DNA of 64,000 nucleotides from Candidatus Heimdallarchaeota archaeon (lineage in GTDB: Archaea > Asgardarchaeota > Heimdallarchaeia > Hodarchaeales > Hodarchaeaceae), in assembly GCA_011364965.1 (NCBI GenBank), contig RDOB01000003.1:32001-96000 (forward strand), written 5' to 3'. The translations under genes were made by a program, and so were the position numbers. Below the pieces are notes generated by a model. The model ran no database searches and was not told where the DNA came from. It saw nothing but the letters and a program-made list of their open reading frames with translations. This document shows, one piece after another, positions 30,579 to 40,656 of this stretch. Each line of letters opens with the position of its first letter. The stretch's first letter is position 1.

Positions 30579-31862
30579 ATGGACACTATAAGAGAGAAGT
30601 TGCAGATAACTGAAAAGAATTTATTGGAAATAAATAAATTCTTGTTAAACAAAAATAATCCTCTAATTAATGATTTATTTGAGGTCATTGACAAGTATGG
30701 AGGCATTAACGAGATTAACCGAAAAGCTAAAGAAGCTAGGCAGCTGGAAGGATTAATCGATCGGTTAGAAAGAAAGCAACCTGATTATGTTAAGGATCTT
30801 AATTGGTTAATAAATAAACGTGATCAAGAAGCCTTTATAAGTATAGATGAATATAGAAAAAAGGTTTTAGAAGAAAAATATGCATCGACTACATTTGATG
30901 ACTCATTCGCTGTCACATTAGAACTCTCTGCATGTCAATATTTCCCATTTCTCATCGTTGGAGCTCAGCAGGCTATTGAAAAAGCAGAACTGATGCCCGG
31001 TCGAATCATTCGTGTTCGTAGAATGAAAGAACAAGAGGAAGATGGGGATCTCCTAGCTATGGCGGCAGCAATGCAGATAATTGGAGCCTCTTATGTTGAA
31101 ACACTTGATACAAAAGGAACGAGTCCTGGTCCTGATGGTGCTCCTGTAAATATTCATCTTGGAGGCCCAGAAACTATTACAGGATATTTTGGGGGAGTAG
31201 GGCAACCAAATACATTTGCCTTGAAATGGATCGATGAATTCTTATATTATTATACTAATTATGGAGTTAAACAAGTCCTGAATATTAACCCAGGGACAGT
31301 TCTTTTGGGTTACATGCTTTATAAACTTGGAATCGATAATGAATTCAAAATCTCGGTTTATATGGGTAACGATAATCCTTATAGCTGCTTATGGACCTTA
31401 ATGACAGCAAAGCTCTTTTCTCGAGATGATGGAACAAGCCCTTTAATTGGATTTAATCTTTCAAACGCGGTAGATAACACCACACTAGAGCTTAGTGCTT
31501 ATATTCGAAAGGAGTTTGGATTTGAAGACGTCGTTCGCTTAGAACATCATATCATTGAAACAATCAAATCAATTGTTCGGCAACCTTATGACCGGACAGA
31601 GGAATTAATAGAGCTTGCAAAACGCGTGAAGAATATTTCAGCTAAGCATGAGGGTGGACCTGTAGAAATCGATAGTAAACGTGAACACCCTACAGATATT
31701 CTAGATTATTTCAGAGCAAAAGATGAAATTATCAAAGCAGGTCATTGGGAATATTTGAAGATTAATTATTTAGATCGACATGCAGCTGTAAATGCAACCG
31801 CAAAAGCTCTTACCGAGAATGGTATTAGTGTCATTTCTGCTCAGAAATTACACCACCATTAA
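30579..31862 (+). CDS. Conserved hypothetical enzyme-like protein (possible TIM barrel)
   Basis: 427 aa, Gly-rich conserved-looking motifs (ETLDTKGT, HLGGPETITGYFGG, FKISVYMGNDNP, KHEGG); first gene of an amino-acid metabolic operon. Confidence 0.75.
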   Translation: MDTIREKLQITEKNLLEINKFLLNKNNPLINDLFEVIDKYGGINEINRKAKEARQLEGLIDRLERKQPDYVKDLNWLINKRDQEAFISIDEYRKKVLEEKYASTTFDDSFAVTLELSACQYFPFLIVGAQQAIEKAELMPGRIIRVRRMKEQEEDGDLLAMAAAMQIIGASYVETLDTKGTSPGPDGAPVNIHLGGPETITGYFGGVGQPNTFALKWIDEFLYYYTNYGVKQVLNINPGTVLLGYMLYKLGIDNEFKISVYMGNDNPYSCLWTLMTAKLFSRDDGTSPLIGFNLSNAVDNTTLELSAYIRKEFGFEDVVRLEHHIIETIKSIVRQPYDRTEELIELAKRVKNISAKHEGGPVEIDSKREHPTDILDYFRAKDEIIKAGHWEYLKINYLDRHAAVNATAKALTENGISVISAQKLHHH

Positions 31863-31878
31863 CTCTCAAGTGATTATA

Positions 31879-33033
31879 ATGGTTAATTATGAGGTTTTAA
31901 GAGAGACTGGTGCTGGAATTTTCAAAGTATTAGCAAAAGCCAAAGCTCTAGAAAGAGAAGGAAAGAAAATTCTACATTTCGAAATTGGCCAACCAGATCA
32001 AAACACACCTGAGCATATTAAGCAAGCAGCGAAGGATGCGCTTGATGCAAATTTCACAGGATATGTACCCTCAAGTGGTATACAAGAACTGAAGGAAGTT
32101 GTACAAGAAGAAGTCCAAAAAACACGGGGATTTACACCTTCTCTCAATCAGATCCTAATTCTACCAGGAGCTAATTCTGGGGTTTATTATACATTAAGAG
32201 CAGTAGTAGAAAATGAAGCGCACGAAATTATCTATCCCAATCCAGGATTCCCAACATATGGATCAGTGGTAAATTATCTAAATGCTGGTGACAAAGCAGT
32301 ACGTATTAAGGAAGAAAATGAATTTCGCCTAAATCCATTTGACATAGAGGAAAACCTTTCTCCAAATACAAAAGCAATCATCCTAAATAGCCCCCAAAAT
32401 CCCACTGGATCAGTTATGAAGAAAGTAGAAATTCAAAAGATCGCTGAACTCGCAGAAAGACATGATTTTTATATTTTATCAGATGAAATTTACTCCAAAA
32501 TGACATATGAAGAAGAATTTTTCTCCTGTTCTGTTCAAGATGAATGTAAAGAAAGAACTATCCTCCTAGATGGATTTTCCAAATCTTATTCCATGACAGG
32601 ATGGCGACTTGGGTGGTTAATAGCCCCAGAGGAAATAGTAGATCGAATGGATCTTCTTATATCCATAGGGGTATCCTGTACATCCTCATTTGTGCAGAAA
32701 GCTGGTGTGGCTGCATTAACAGGGCCACAAGACTCCATTCGAGAAAATATGATAGAATATCGAAAACGCAGAGACATGATTGTTAAGGGTTTGAATGAAG
32801 TGAATGGGTTTTCTTGTTTAACCCCGCAAGGAGCTTTTTATGTTTTCCCGAATATAACTAAGACAGGAATGAGCTCACAAGAATGTGCGGATTACCTTTT
32901 GAACCATGGGATAGCTTGTTTACCTGGAACAATATTTGGGAAAAACGGTGAAGGTTATCTACGATTCTCTTATGCAACATCAATTGATATAATAAAAGAA
33001 GGTATTGAGCAAATTAAGGCAATTTTCAATTAA
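31879..33033 (+). CDS. PLP-dependent aminotransferase class I/II (aspartate aminotransferase-like)
   Basis: GQPD, NSPQNPTG, SDEIY, GFSKSYSMTGWRLG, YLRFSYA. Start moved to ATG 31879 to remove the overlap with the upstream gene. Confidence 0.93.
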   Translation: MVNYEVLRETGAGIFKVLAKAKALEREGKKILHFEIGQPDQNTPEHIKQAAKDALDANFTGYVPSSGIQELKEVVQEEVQKTRGFTPSLNQILILPGANSGVYYTLRAVVENEAHEIIYPNPGFPTYGSVVNYLNAGDKAVRIKEENEFRLNPFDIEENLSPNTKAIILNSPQNPTGSVMKKVEIQKIAELAERHDFYILSDEIYSKMTYEEEFFSCSVQDECKERTILLDGFSKSYSMTGWRLGWLIAPEEIVDRMDLLISIGVSCTSSFVQKAGVAALTGPQDSIRENMIEYRKRRDMIVKGLNEVNGFSCLTPQGAFYVFPNITKTGMSSQECADYLLNHGIACLPGTIFGKNGEGYLRFSYATSIDIIKEGIEQIKAIFN

Positions 33034-33052
33034 AATTGTTGAAGGAATAATA

Positions 33053-34096
33053 ATGAAAGATATTACGCGTATTTGTTTCGTGGGATGGGGAGTAGTTGGT
33101 CAAGGGTTAGCTGAAATTCTTCTTGAACAAGAAAAGGAATTAAAAGAAAAATATGGCTTTGAATATAAAGTCGTAGCAATAGCAGATAAGCTTAAGGGGT
33201 CTGTTTATGATGAAAAGGGACTAGACCTTACTAAACTTCTTAAATTAGTAAAAGAAACAGGAAAGATTGATACTTATCCAGGAGGTATAAAAGGATGGGA
33301 TAGTATTCAAACAATCACAGAATCCAATGCTAATTTAATAGTAGAAGCAAGTTGGACCGATATAAATACTGGAGAGCCAGCTATAAGTCATGTTAAGAGT
33401 GCTATTGGGTGTCATAAACACGTGGTCATGACAAATAAGGGACCTATCGCTCTAGCAGTGAAAGAACTCTTAAAAATGGCAAAGAAAAATGGTGTACAAC
33501 TCAGATTTGAAGGAACAGTACTCAGTGGCACCCCTGCGATAAATCTTGCTCTGAAGAATTTAGCAGGCTCGAAAATAACGAAATTCGCTGGAATAGTCAA
33601 TGGAACTACCAATTATATTCTCACAGAGATGGAAAAAGGATTAAAATATCAAGATGCACTGAAACAAGCTCAAGAACTTGGGTACGCGGAAGCAGATCCG
33701 ACTGCAGATGTTGAAGGTTACGATGCGCTTGGAAAGGTAATTATACTTGCCAACGTTGTTCTTGGAGCGAATCTAACAAAGAATCAAGTCCTGTGTCAAG
33801 GGATTACTAAGATTACTTCAAAAGATATCGAAGATGCAAAACAGGAAGGAAAAAGGTGGAAACTGATTGCAGGGGCAGAGCTTAAGGAAGATGGTTCGAT
33901 TGTTGCCTCTGTTAAACCTTTAAAGATACCCCTCACTCACCCTCTGGCTTCCGTTGGAGGCCCAATTAACGCATTAACTTTTACCACAAAATATCTTGGA
34001 GATGTTACAATCATTGGCCCTGGTGCAGGAAGAGAGGCAACTGGATATGCATTACTGACTGATATCCTTGATATTCATCGGAATTTGACTAAATAA
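33053..34096 (+). CDS. hom: Homoserine dehydrogenase (no ACT domain)
   Basis: GWGVVG, VVMTNKGP, FEGTVLSGTP, GIVNGTTNYIL, GYAEADPTADVEGYD, GPGAG. Start moved to ATG 33053. Confidence 0.95.
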   Translation: MKDITRICFVGWGVVGQGLAEILLEQEKELKEKYGFEYKVVAIADKLKGSVYDEKGLDLTKLLKLVKETGKIDTYPGGIKGWDSIQTITESNANLIVEASWTDINTGEPAISHVKSAIGCHKHVVMTNKGPIALAVKELLKMAKKNGVQLRFEGTVLSGTPAINLALKNLAGSKITKFAGIVNGTTNYILTEMEKGLKYQDALKQAQELGYAEADPTADVEGYDALGKVIILANVVLGANLTKNQVLCQGITKITSKDIEDAKQEGKRWKLIAGAELKEDGSIVASVKPLKIPLTHPLASVGGPINALTFTTKYLGDVTIIGPGAGREATGYALLTDILDIHRNLTK

Positions 34097-34128
34097 TATT
34101 AATAAAAAAATTAAGACGAAGTGGCTTT

Positions 34129-35925
34129 ATGGGTTACATGGGAAAATATCTTGACGTAAATTTAACCAATGGTAAGTTGAATGAGCTTCCTATTGATTTG
34201 AAGAAGGCAGAACAATTCATTGGAGGAAAGGGATTGGGTGCTAATATTCTATATGATTCTCTTGCAGCTAATGTTGATCCTTTAAGCTCAGAGAATATTA
34301 TCTTATTCATGACTGGTCCCTTGACCGGTACATCGATTCAAACATCAGGAAGATGGTGTATAGTCACCAAATCCCCTCACACGGGAATCTTTCTAGATAG
34401 TCAGGTAGGAGGCAAGTTTGGCCATCGATTAAAGCAAGCTGGTTACGACTATATACTTGTACGTGGAAAATCCGCTGAACCTGTTTATCTTGAAGTATCT
34501 TCAGACGGATTTGAACTTCATTCTGCAATTAAACTATGGGGTAAAGGAAATTATGAAACAGAAGTAGATTTGAGAAAAATACATCCCAAAATGGAAGTTG
34601 CTTCAATAGGACCAGCTGGAGAAAATTTAGTAAGTTATGCTACAATAACGACAGATAAAACCCACATAGCAGGTAGAGGAGGAGCAGGAGCAGTTATGGG
34701 ATCGAAAAATCTCAAAGCTATTGTAGCTGGGGGAACAGAAGCAATAAACGTGAGTAATCCTAACCAATTTGCTAGGTTAACACGAAAATTTGGTAAAAAG
34801 GTCCGAGCAAACCCTGGAGTTAAAAGAAGACATGAAATTGGTACTGTAATGTGGGTAAGGATGGCAAATGAGGCTGGTTTTCTTCCAACACATAATTTTC
34901 AATCTGGAGTTTTTAAGGGAGCAGAAAATATTTCAGGAGAACGGATGAGAGATGAATATGTTGTGGGACATACAGCTTGCTACCGTTGTGCTATCGCTTG
35001 TGGTAAAACCACACGATTTACAGAAGGAATGTATTCAGGGTTAGAAGTTGATGGACCAGAATATGAGACATCTGCATTAATGGGAGCAAGCTGCGGTATT
35101 GATGACCTTGGGGCTATAGCAAAAGCTAACGCAATTTGTGATGATCTCGGACTAGATACAATTACTGCAGGAGGAACCATTGCTTTTGCAATGGAATGCA
35201 TGGAAAAGAATATTTTAAAACAGCGTGAACTTCCTGATCTTCATTTCGGAAATGCAGAAGCTCTGCATACCTTTTTACACAAGATTGCATACAGGGAGGG
35301 AATGGGAGACCTATTTGCTAAGGGATCGTTAATAGCTGCAAAATCATTGGGAAAGAATAGTTCTGATTTCGCGATACAAGTAAAAGGATTAGAACTTGCT
35401 GGAGTGGAACCACGAGGTTCTTTCGGAATGGCTTTGGCTTATAGCACCTCTGATCGGGGTGGATGTCATCAAAGATGTTGGACACCAGGAGCAGAACTTT
35501 CGGGTTCTCTCACAAGATTTTCTTTCAAAAGCGTTCCAAAGTTTGTAAAGGATTCTCAGGATGAACGAGCAGCGTGCTTTTCTCTTGTACTATGTGATTT
35601 CCTTCCTTTCGATCTACCAGAAATGGTAGAAATGCTAAATATGACAACTGGTTTTAGTTACACTTCTGAAACATACCTCCGAGCAGGTGAACGAATTTGG
35701 AATCAAACAAGACTATTTAATGTACGAGAAGGAATGACCGCAACTAACGATGTACTTCCAAACCGATTCTACATCGAGAAAGCTCCAGAAGGAGATCCTA
35801 AGGGTCAAATAATCGATAAAAAAGCATTTGAAAAAGCAAAACAGGAATATTACTCTTTCAGAAATTGGGATTCACAGGGAATCCCAACGCAAAAGAAATT
35901 AGAGGAATTGAATCTTCAGTTTTGA
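34129..35925 (+). CDS. aor: Tungsten-containing aldehyde:ferredoxin oxidoreductase family
   Basis: SIGPAGE, GRGGAGAVMGSKNLKA, CYRCAIAC, GPEYET, DDLGLDTI, DRGGCH. Confidence 0.93.
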   Translation: MGYMGKYLDVNLTNGKLNELPIDLKKAEQFIGGKGLGANILYDSLAANVDPLSSENIILFMTGPLTGTSIQTSGRWCIVTKSPHTGIFLDSQVGGKFGHRLKQAGYDYILVRGKSAEPVYLEVSSDGFELHSAIKLWGKGNYETEVDLRKIHPKMEVASIGPAGENLVSYATITTDKTHIAGRGGAGAVMGSKNLKAIVAGGTEAINVSNPNQFARLTRKFGKKVRANPGVKRRHEIGTVMWVRMANEAGFLPTHNFQSGVFKGAENISGERMRDEYVVGHTACYRCAIACGKTTRFTEGMYSGLEVDGPEYETSALMGASCGIDDLGAIAKANAICDDLGLDTITAGGTIAFAMECMEKNILKQRELPDLHFGNAEALHTFLHKIAYREGMGDLFAKGSLIAAKSLGKNSSDFAIQVKGLELAGVEPRGSFGMALAYSTSDRGGCHQRCWTPGAELSGSLTRFSFKSVPKFVKDSQDERAACFSLVLCDFLPFDLPEMVEMLNMTTGFSYTSETYLRAGERIWNQTRLFNVREGMTATNDVLPNRFYIEKAPEGDPKGQIIDKKAFEKAKQEYYSFRNWDSQGIPTQKKLEELNLQF

Positions 35926-36089
35926 AACAATGTTATTTTTGGAACTATAAATCAAGTCATTTTATTCAGAATACCTTAAATGCAATATATAACTGAACTG
36001 AGAAAGACCGCGATCTCAATCCCCTAATAGACTGATTTGAAGACCAAAAGCTATTATCTGAGATTTAGTTTTATTTAGAGGTTTGTAAA

Positions 36090-38183
36090 TTGTCTTTGAA
36101 TGAAGAATATTTACAATTAATTCCATCATGGTATCATCCCTTCTTTAAGTATGTTCCAGAAAACGAATTAGAAAGTATTCACATGCAAATAGAATTTGAT
36201 CGCTCTAACAGAACAACTACTATTCCTTTCTTTCAAGAGCTGTCTGAAGTCTGTTTAAAACTGTATAAAAACCGTAAAGTGCGAAGTAGATATTTTGCTT
36301 ATTTATTAGGGCGATTGACTATTTCAGCGGGAAGAAATAAAGAACTAAAGGAACTTATGAAGGATTTTGATGGCATTCCTGAACTGAAATTATGGATGGG
36401 AGAAATTTTGGTAGGTGAAGGAGATTATGAAGGCGCACGACAAATCTACCAGCAATGTGAAAAAACTATCACAAGCGAAAATCCTTATCCTTACTTGGAT
36501 TTAAAATTAAAGAAATCAAACATTGTAGTTGCTACTAATGAATATGAAAAAGGGATGGAAGAAAATGAGGAGTTAATGGATCTAATAGATTTCATTCAAC
36601 GACAGCACGAAGGATTAGATACTATAATGTTTGAATTTACTGGTAAATGTGAACGAGTTCAAATTCTCCTAGAACTGGGACGCATTCCTGAAGCTCAGGA
36701 TTTAGTGGAGGAATTACTTCATAGGGTTGAATCAATTGAGAATCAAGAGGTCCAAGGATATATTTACGTCGTATCGGGTCTCCTGAAACAGGTTTTAGGT
36801 AAGATTCCCGAATCTAAAGACCTTTTTTTAAAAGCTAAGGCGATCTACAATGCGATCGGAGAAGTTCCAAGCGTAACATTTGTTGATGGAGTATTAGGGG
36901 TATTTGCAATTATTGAGGGAAATCGTGCGAAAGGAGAAGAGATCTTAGAAGATGTAATTGATAGATTCCGTGAATTAAACTCATTGTTTGATGTAGTGCA
37001 ATTTTCAATGATACTAGCTCAATCCTATTCAGGAGCAGATGAAAAAGATAAAGCTCATGCCTTAGTGAAAGAACTTGATAAGTATTTAGATCAAATGAAA
37101 GAGATTACACAAAGTACCTGCATTGATGTAGCGCGAATAGCAATTAACAATGAGGATACTAAACTAGCACAAAAGTATCTTGAAAAATTGCGTTCTTCAT
37201 TAACGAAAAACCCCTCAGTATATAACCAAATAAGCTTGCATATTTTAGAATCATCTTCAGAATCTACTCAAGCAAATATGCACACTGGAATAGCGCAAAC
37301 AGAGAAAGCTTTAGAAATTGCAGAAAGAAATGAAATTCTACCTCAAGTTTTAACCTGCAAAATACGACTTTCAAGTCTAAATCTCACAAAATGGATGTAT
37401 GTAGAAAACGACCAGTTATTGCGTATATCGCAATCGAATTTGTATGACGCTCTCATGCTTATACCATCTGATAATCCGAATCGTGTTGAATTTCAGGTCA
37501 TAGGAGCGATGATAGAACAACTTCTTGGAAACGAATTCGAAAATACACTCACTAAAATTGATGAAATAAGGCAAGAAGTCCAAAAAAGTGCTTGGGGAGA
37601 AGATATATTATCTAAAGTAGAGAAAAACAGACTTAAGATTCAAAAATTGAAGGATTTGTACGAAAAGGAAGAATTAGTGGAAGATGATATTAAAATATTG
37701 CTCTACAACACAATTCGTAGATTGTTAATAGGTTTAAGTGGAATTCATGTAGATCAAGTCAAAACTACAGAAATTCGGATGATTTTGATTGTAAACGAAG
37801 CGGGATTGCCCATTTTTGTCAAGAATTTTGGAACAGCAGGTGAAAATGAAGATCTACTGCTTTCAGGGTTTCTAACAGCATTGAATAGCTTTTCATCGGT
37901 TTTTTCCAGTACACCTGAAGGACATTTGAAGGTAATACGGCATGAAAATTATTCTATTATGGTAGAAATATATCTATCATATATGATTGCCATGGTATGC
38001 CTCGAAGACACCTATGAAGCGCATCAAAAACTTCATAGACTTGTTACATTACTCAGTAAAGACGAATTTATTAAATTCCGTGATTTATCCCAAACTACAG
38101 AGCGTTTACCTCAATTTGAGGAATCAATCTCAGCGAAAATTAATAACCTCTTCCCTGTTCCCCAGAAGAATCCAACAGAGTGA
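36090..38183 (+). CDS. TPR/alpha-solenoid protein with C-terminal longin/roadblock-like domain
   Basis: Helical repeats followed by ILIVNEAGLPIF...LLLSGFLTALNSF...LKVIRHENYSIMV, the Asgard longin-like pattern. Confidence 0.75.
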   Translation: MSLNEEYLQLIPSWYHPFFKYVPENELESIHMQIEFDRSNRTTTIPFFQELSEVCLKLYKNRKVRSRYFAYLLGRLTISAGRNKELKELMKDFDGIPELKLWMGEILVGEGDYEGARQIYQQCEKTITSENPYPYLDLKLKKSNIVVATNEYEKGMEENEELMDLIDFIQRQHEGLDTIMFEFTGKCERVQILLELGRIPEAQDLVEELLHRVESIENQEVQGYIYVVSGLLKQVLGKIPESKDLFLKAKAIYNAIGEVPSVTFVDGVLGVFAIIEGNRAKGEEILEDVIDRFRELNSLFDVVQFSMILAQSYSGADEKDKAHALVKELDKYLDQMKEITQSTCIDVARIAINNEDTKLAQKYLEKLRSSLTKNPSVYNQISLHILESSSESTQANMHTGIAQTEKALEIAERNEILPQVLTCKIRLSSLNLTKWMYVENDQLLRISQSNLYDALMLIPSDNPNRVEFQVIGAMIEQLLGNEFENTLTKIDEIRQEVQKSAWGEDILSKVEKNRLKIQKLKDLYEKEELVEDDIKILLYNTIRRLLIGLSGIHVDQVKTTEIRMILIVNEAGLPIFVKNFGTAGENEDLLLSGFLTALNSFSSVFSSTPEGHLKVIRHENYSIMVEIYLSYMIAMVCLEDTYEAHQKLHRLVTLLSKDEFIKFRDLSQTTERLPQFEESISAKINNLFPVPQKNPTE

Positions 38184-38187
38184 ATAT

Positions 38188-38940
38188 CTACAAAGTAATT
38201 TGAATCTCCCTAATAAGGAAATCTACAATATTCTGTAAATAAATCTCCCCCTTCTCAGCAGTTGCTGAACGAGGATCACCCAGAACACCAATATCAGTTA
38301 GAGAGATCAATCCATCCTTAAAAAGTTTATTTATCTCTTCTTTTCCTAATTCACCGAGAAAACCTTCTGTGAATCGGTCTTTTCGGACAAATTTACTTTC
38401 TGTGGCAAGAACCATAGAAGTCTCATTTTCTCCAGCATGAATCCCCGCCTCTTCTTTACTCAACCCAGTATCTATAGATGGTCTTATAAGCTCCGTTACG
38501 AATTTATCAAGATCTGTTATACCTAAAATTTTCACATTAGGGTATTTTGGAGCTAATTCTGCAATTGCATCAGCTGTTGGTTTAAAATTCCCGCCATGGA
38601 AAGGGATCAAAATAATTTTAGTAAATCTATGATTCACAAGACTAATAATATAGTCAGTAATTACTGCTTTTAACGTCGAAGATTTCAAAGAGATTGTACC
38701 AGGAAAATCAAGGTGATGATCGGAACAACCAATTCGAATGGTTGGAGCTTGCAAAGCATTTTCCAGCTTGAGAGCCACTCGATTAGTTATAGTCTCAGCT
38801 AATAGGGAATCAGTTTTTTCAGGTAAGTGTGGACCGTGTTGCTCTGATGATCCTAATCCAAAAACAACGGTCTTGTATCCAGATTGAATTTTTTTTCCAA
38901 TATCTACCCAAGTTAAATCTTCTAAGCGAATAGAATCCAT
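38188..38940 (-). CDS. Creatininase/creatinine amidohydrolase family
   Basis: GSSEQHGPHLP..TD, SDHHLDFPGTISL, HGGN, HAGENETS. Confidence 0.92.
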   Translation of the reverse strand: MDSIRLEDLTWVDIGKKIQSGYKTVVFGLGSSEQHGPHLPEKTDSLLAETITNRVALKLENALQAPTIRIGCSDHHLDFPGTISLKSSTLKAVITDYIISLVNHRFTKIILIPFHGGNFKPTADAIAELAPKYPNVKILGITDLDKFVTELIRPSIDTGLSKEEAGIHAGENETSMVLATESKFVRKDRFTEGFLGELGKEEINKLFKDGLISLTDIGVLGDPRSATAEKGEIYLQNIVDFLIREIQITL

Positions 38941-38970
38941 AAATAAGGAACCCCATTACCCTGATTGAAA

Positions 38971-39225
38971 TCATTCTGATTTATTAGGGAAGAATTTGGA
39001 CTGAACTTCGGTTAAAGCGGTAATTATTTCTTCAAGATCACTAGGTCCAATCTGTACCGACATCGCATCTCCCAATTTTGTCTTATATGAACGGCCATTA
39101 ATCATTGAAAGATTAATATTTCTATATTGACCTTTTTGGGTTACAGAAATAACCATCTTTCCATCAAATCTCACATTAATCCATTTATCAAATAAAGTGT
39201 CTGTTTTTCCTGACAATTTACTCAC
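38971..39225 (-). CDS. Small hypothetical protein, possible PC4/PUR-like nucleic-acid-binding fold
   Basis: Four predicted beta-strands then an amphipathic C-terminal helix (SDLEEIITALTEV). Confidence 0.55.
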   Translation of the reverse strand: MSKLSGKTDTLFDKWINVRFDGKMVISVTQKGQYRNINLSMINGRSYKTKLGDAMSVQIGPSDLEEIITALTEVQSKFFPNKSE

Positions 39226-39384
39226 CGAATCTTTGAATTTTGATTAGAGGCAACAAAGAACATTTATTTATCATTTTTTGCATTTTTAGTGAATAAATTT
39301 CTACAATAAAAAAAGAGGATAGAGGAACGAAAAATAATTTTTCCTGAACAAATCCGTGAGATGACTTATCATTGGAATGAATTT

Positions 39385-40038
39385 TTATTGAATTAATTCA
39401 CTCCAGCTCTGGAATACCTTCGTTGCGCCAAATTTAAAAAAATCTTGAAAATCTCTTCTTCCATAACAAAACCCATATCGCTCAGGAATTGAAAATTCTT
39501 TATAACAGGGGAAATATCCAGGAAAGTCATCAACAACACGGATAATTGATATGGATTCAATTGTGTCGAATATTCGTGTTAATTGTTCTTTCCTTGTAAC
39601 AGTTAAAGGAACTTTGAAGAGCTGATCCTCCTTCTCAATCATAAAGAGATTAGATTCCTTAATTGGAAAACCAAAGCTTTTCAATTCATTAATTGTTAAA
39701 GATCGAACTTTTTCAAGCCTTCCGGTAAGATAAATCAATTGATATGCGTTTTTCCAAAGTTGTAAGACTTTTGCTGCGGTAGGAATTGCTAAATTTAACT
39801 TCATCAGGTCAATACCTAAACTATTCCTACACAATAAGATATCCTGGAATTGTTGGGTCAGCTCATTCGCACGAGCTTTTTGATCATCGTTTGCATATTT
39901 AGCAAAAACTTGATTGAGATTTAAATTTTTCATATCATCCAGAGAGATTTCACAATCCAGAAGTAACTCACCTATGGCCTTTGTTCGAGGTATACTATCA
40001 ATAAGCGTGTCATCTATATCAATCAAAATTGTCTTCAT
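39385..40038 (-). CDS. HAD superfamily hydrolase
   Basis: DIDDTL motif I, YLTGR motif II, VVDD motif IV. Confidence 0.88.
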   Translation of the reverse strand: MKTILIDIDDTLIDSIPRTKAIGELLLDCEISLDDMKNLNLNQVFAKYANDDQKARANELTQQFQDILLCRNSLGIDLMKLNLAIPTAAKVLQLWKNAYQLIYLTGRLEKVRSLTINELKSFGFPIKESNLFMIEKEDQLFKVPLTVTRKEQLTRIFDTIESISIIRVVDDFPGYFPCYKEFSIPERYGFCYGRRDFQDFFKFGATKVFQSWSELIQ

Positions 40039-40186
40039 TGTTATTTTATCCTTATGCTTTAATTTTTCCTTTGAATTTTGTAAAATAGGTAAGATAGTCA
40101 GTATTCACCCTTTCATTACCTTTAATAGGTTTATATATAGTCATAAATGACCCCTGACTGAAAGTAGGATAATCGGAAGTATTCAT

Positions 40187-40456
40187 TCAATTTAACCTAG
40201 CTTTATGATTGGGAAAACCAGTTTCTTTTGCACAATAATAGTGTCTACGAGCATCATTCAAATCAACTAATTGAATTACAAGGTTTGCTCGAATTAGATA
40301 ATGAATTGCGTACCTAATCGTCCTATCTGAATATAGTGTCATATTCGCAATTTCCTCAATATTCATATAACTCGACTCTAGAAGAATCTCATAGACTTTT
40401 TTTGCTGAAGGAGGAAAATTTTCAAAAGAAGAGTAATTCTGAACAACGGTCATCAA
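40187..40456 (-). CDS. Winged-helix transcriptional regulator (archaeal MarR-like)
   Basis: PPSAKKVYEIL...YSDRTIRYAI..L...DARRHYY; paralog of 20899..21240. Confidence 0.85.
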   Translation of the reverse strand: MMTVVQNYSSFENFPPSAKKVYEILLESSYMNIEEIANMTLYSDRTIRYAIHYLIRANLVIQLVDLNDARRHYYCAKETGFPNHKARLN

Positions 40457-40656
40457 GATACTTCCACTAAGTGATTTGAATTCGTTTTATGATTTTAATG
40501 AACCAATAGTAAACATTCACTTTTACAACGAATTTCATTATGTCACAAATTTTAGAACGTTATAAACCTTGCTTTACTCATTTTAGATTGAACTCAAATT
40601 AAAGATAAAAAATGCATCTAGTTTAATAGAAATATATAAAAAAATTGGAGAGAAGA

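Noticed and set aside
30419-30613. 64-aa ORF overlapping the operon start
   Set aside because: AT-rich promoter-region ORF with no motif.
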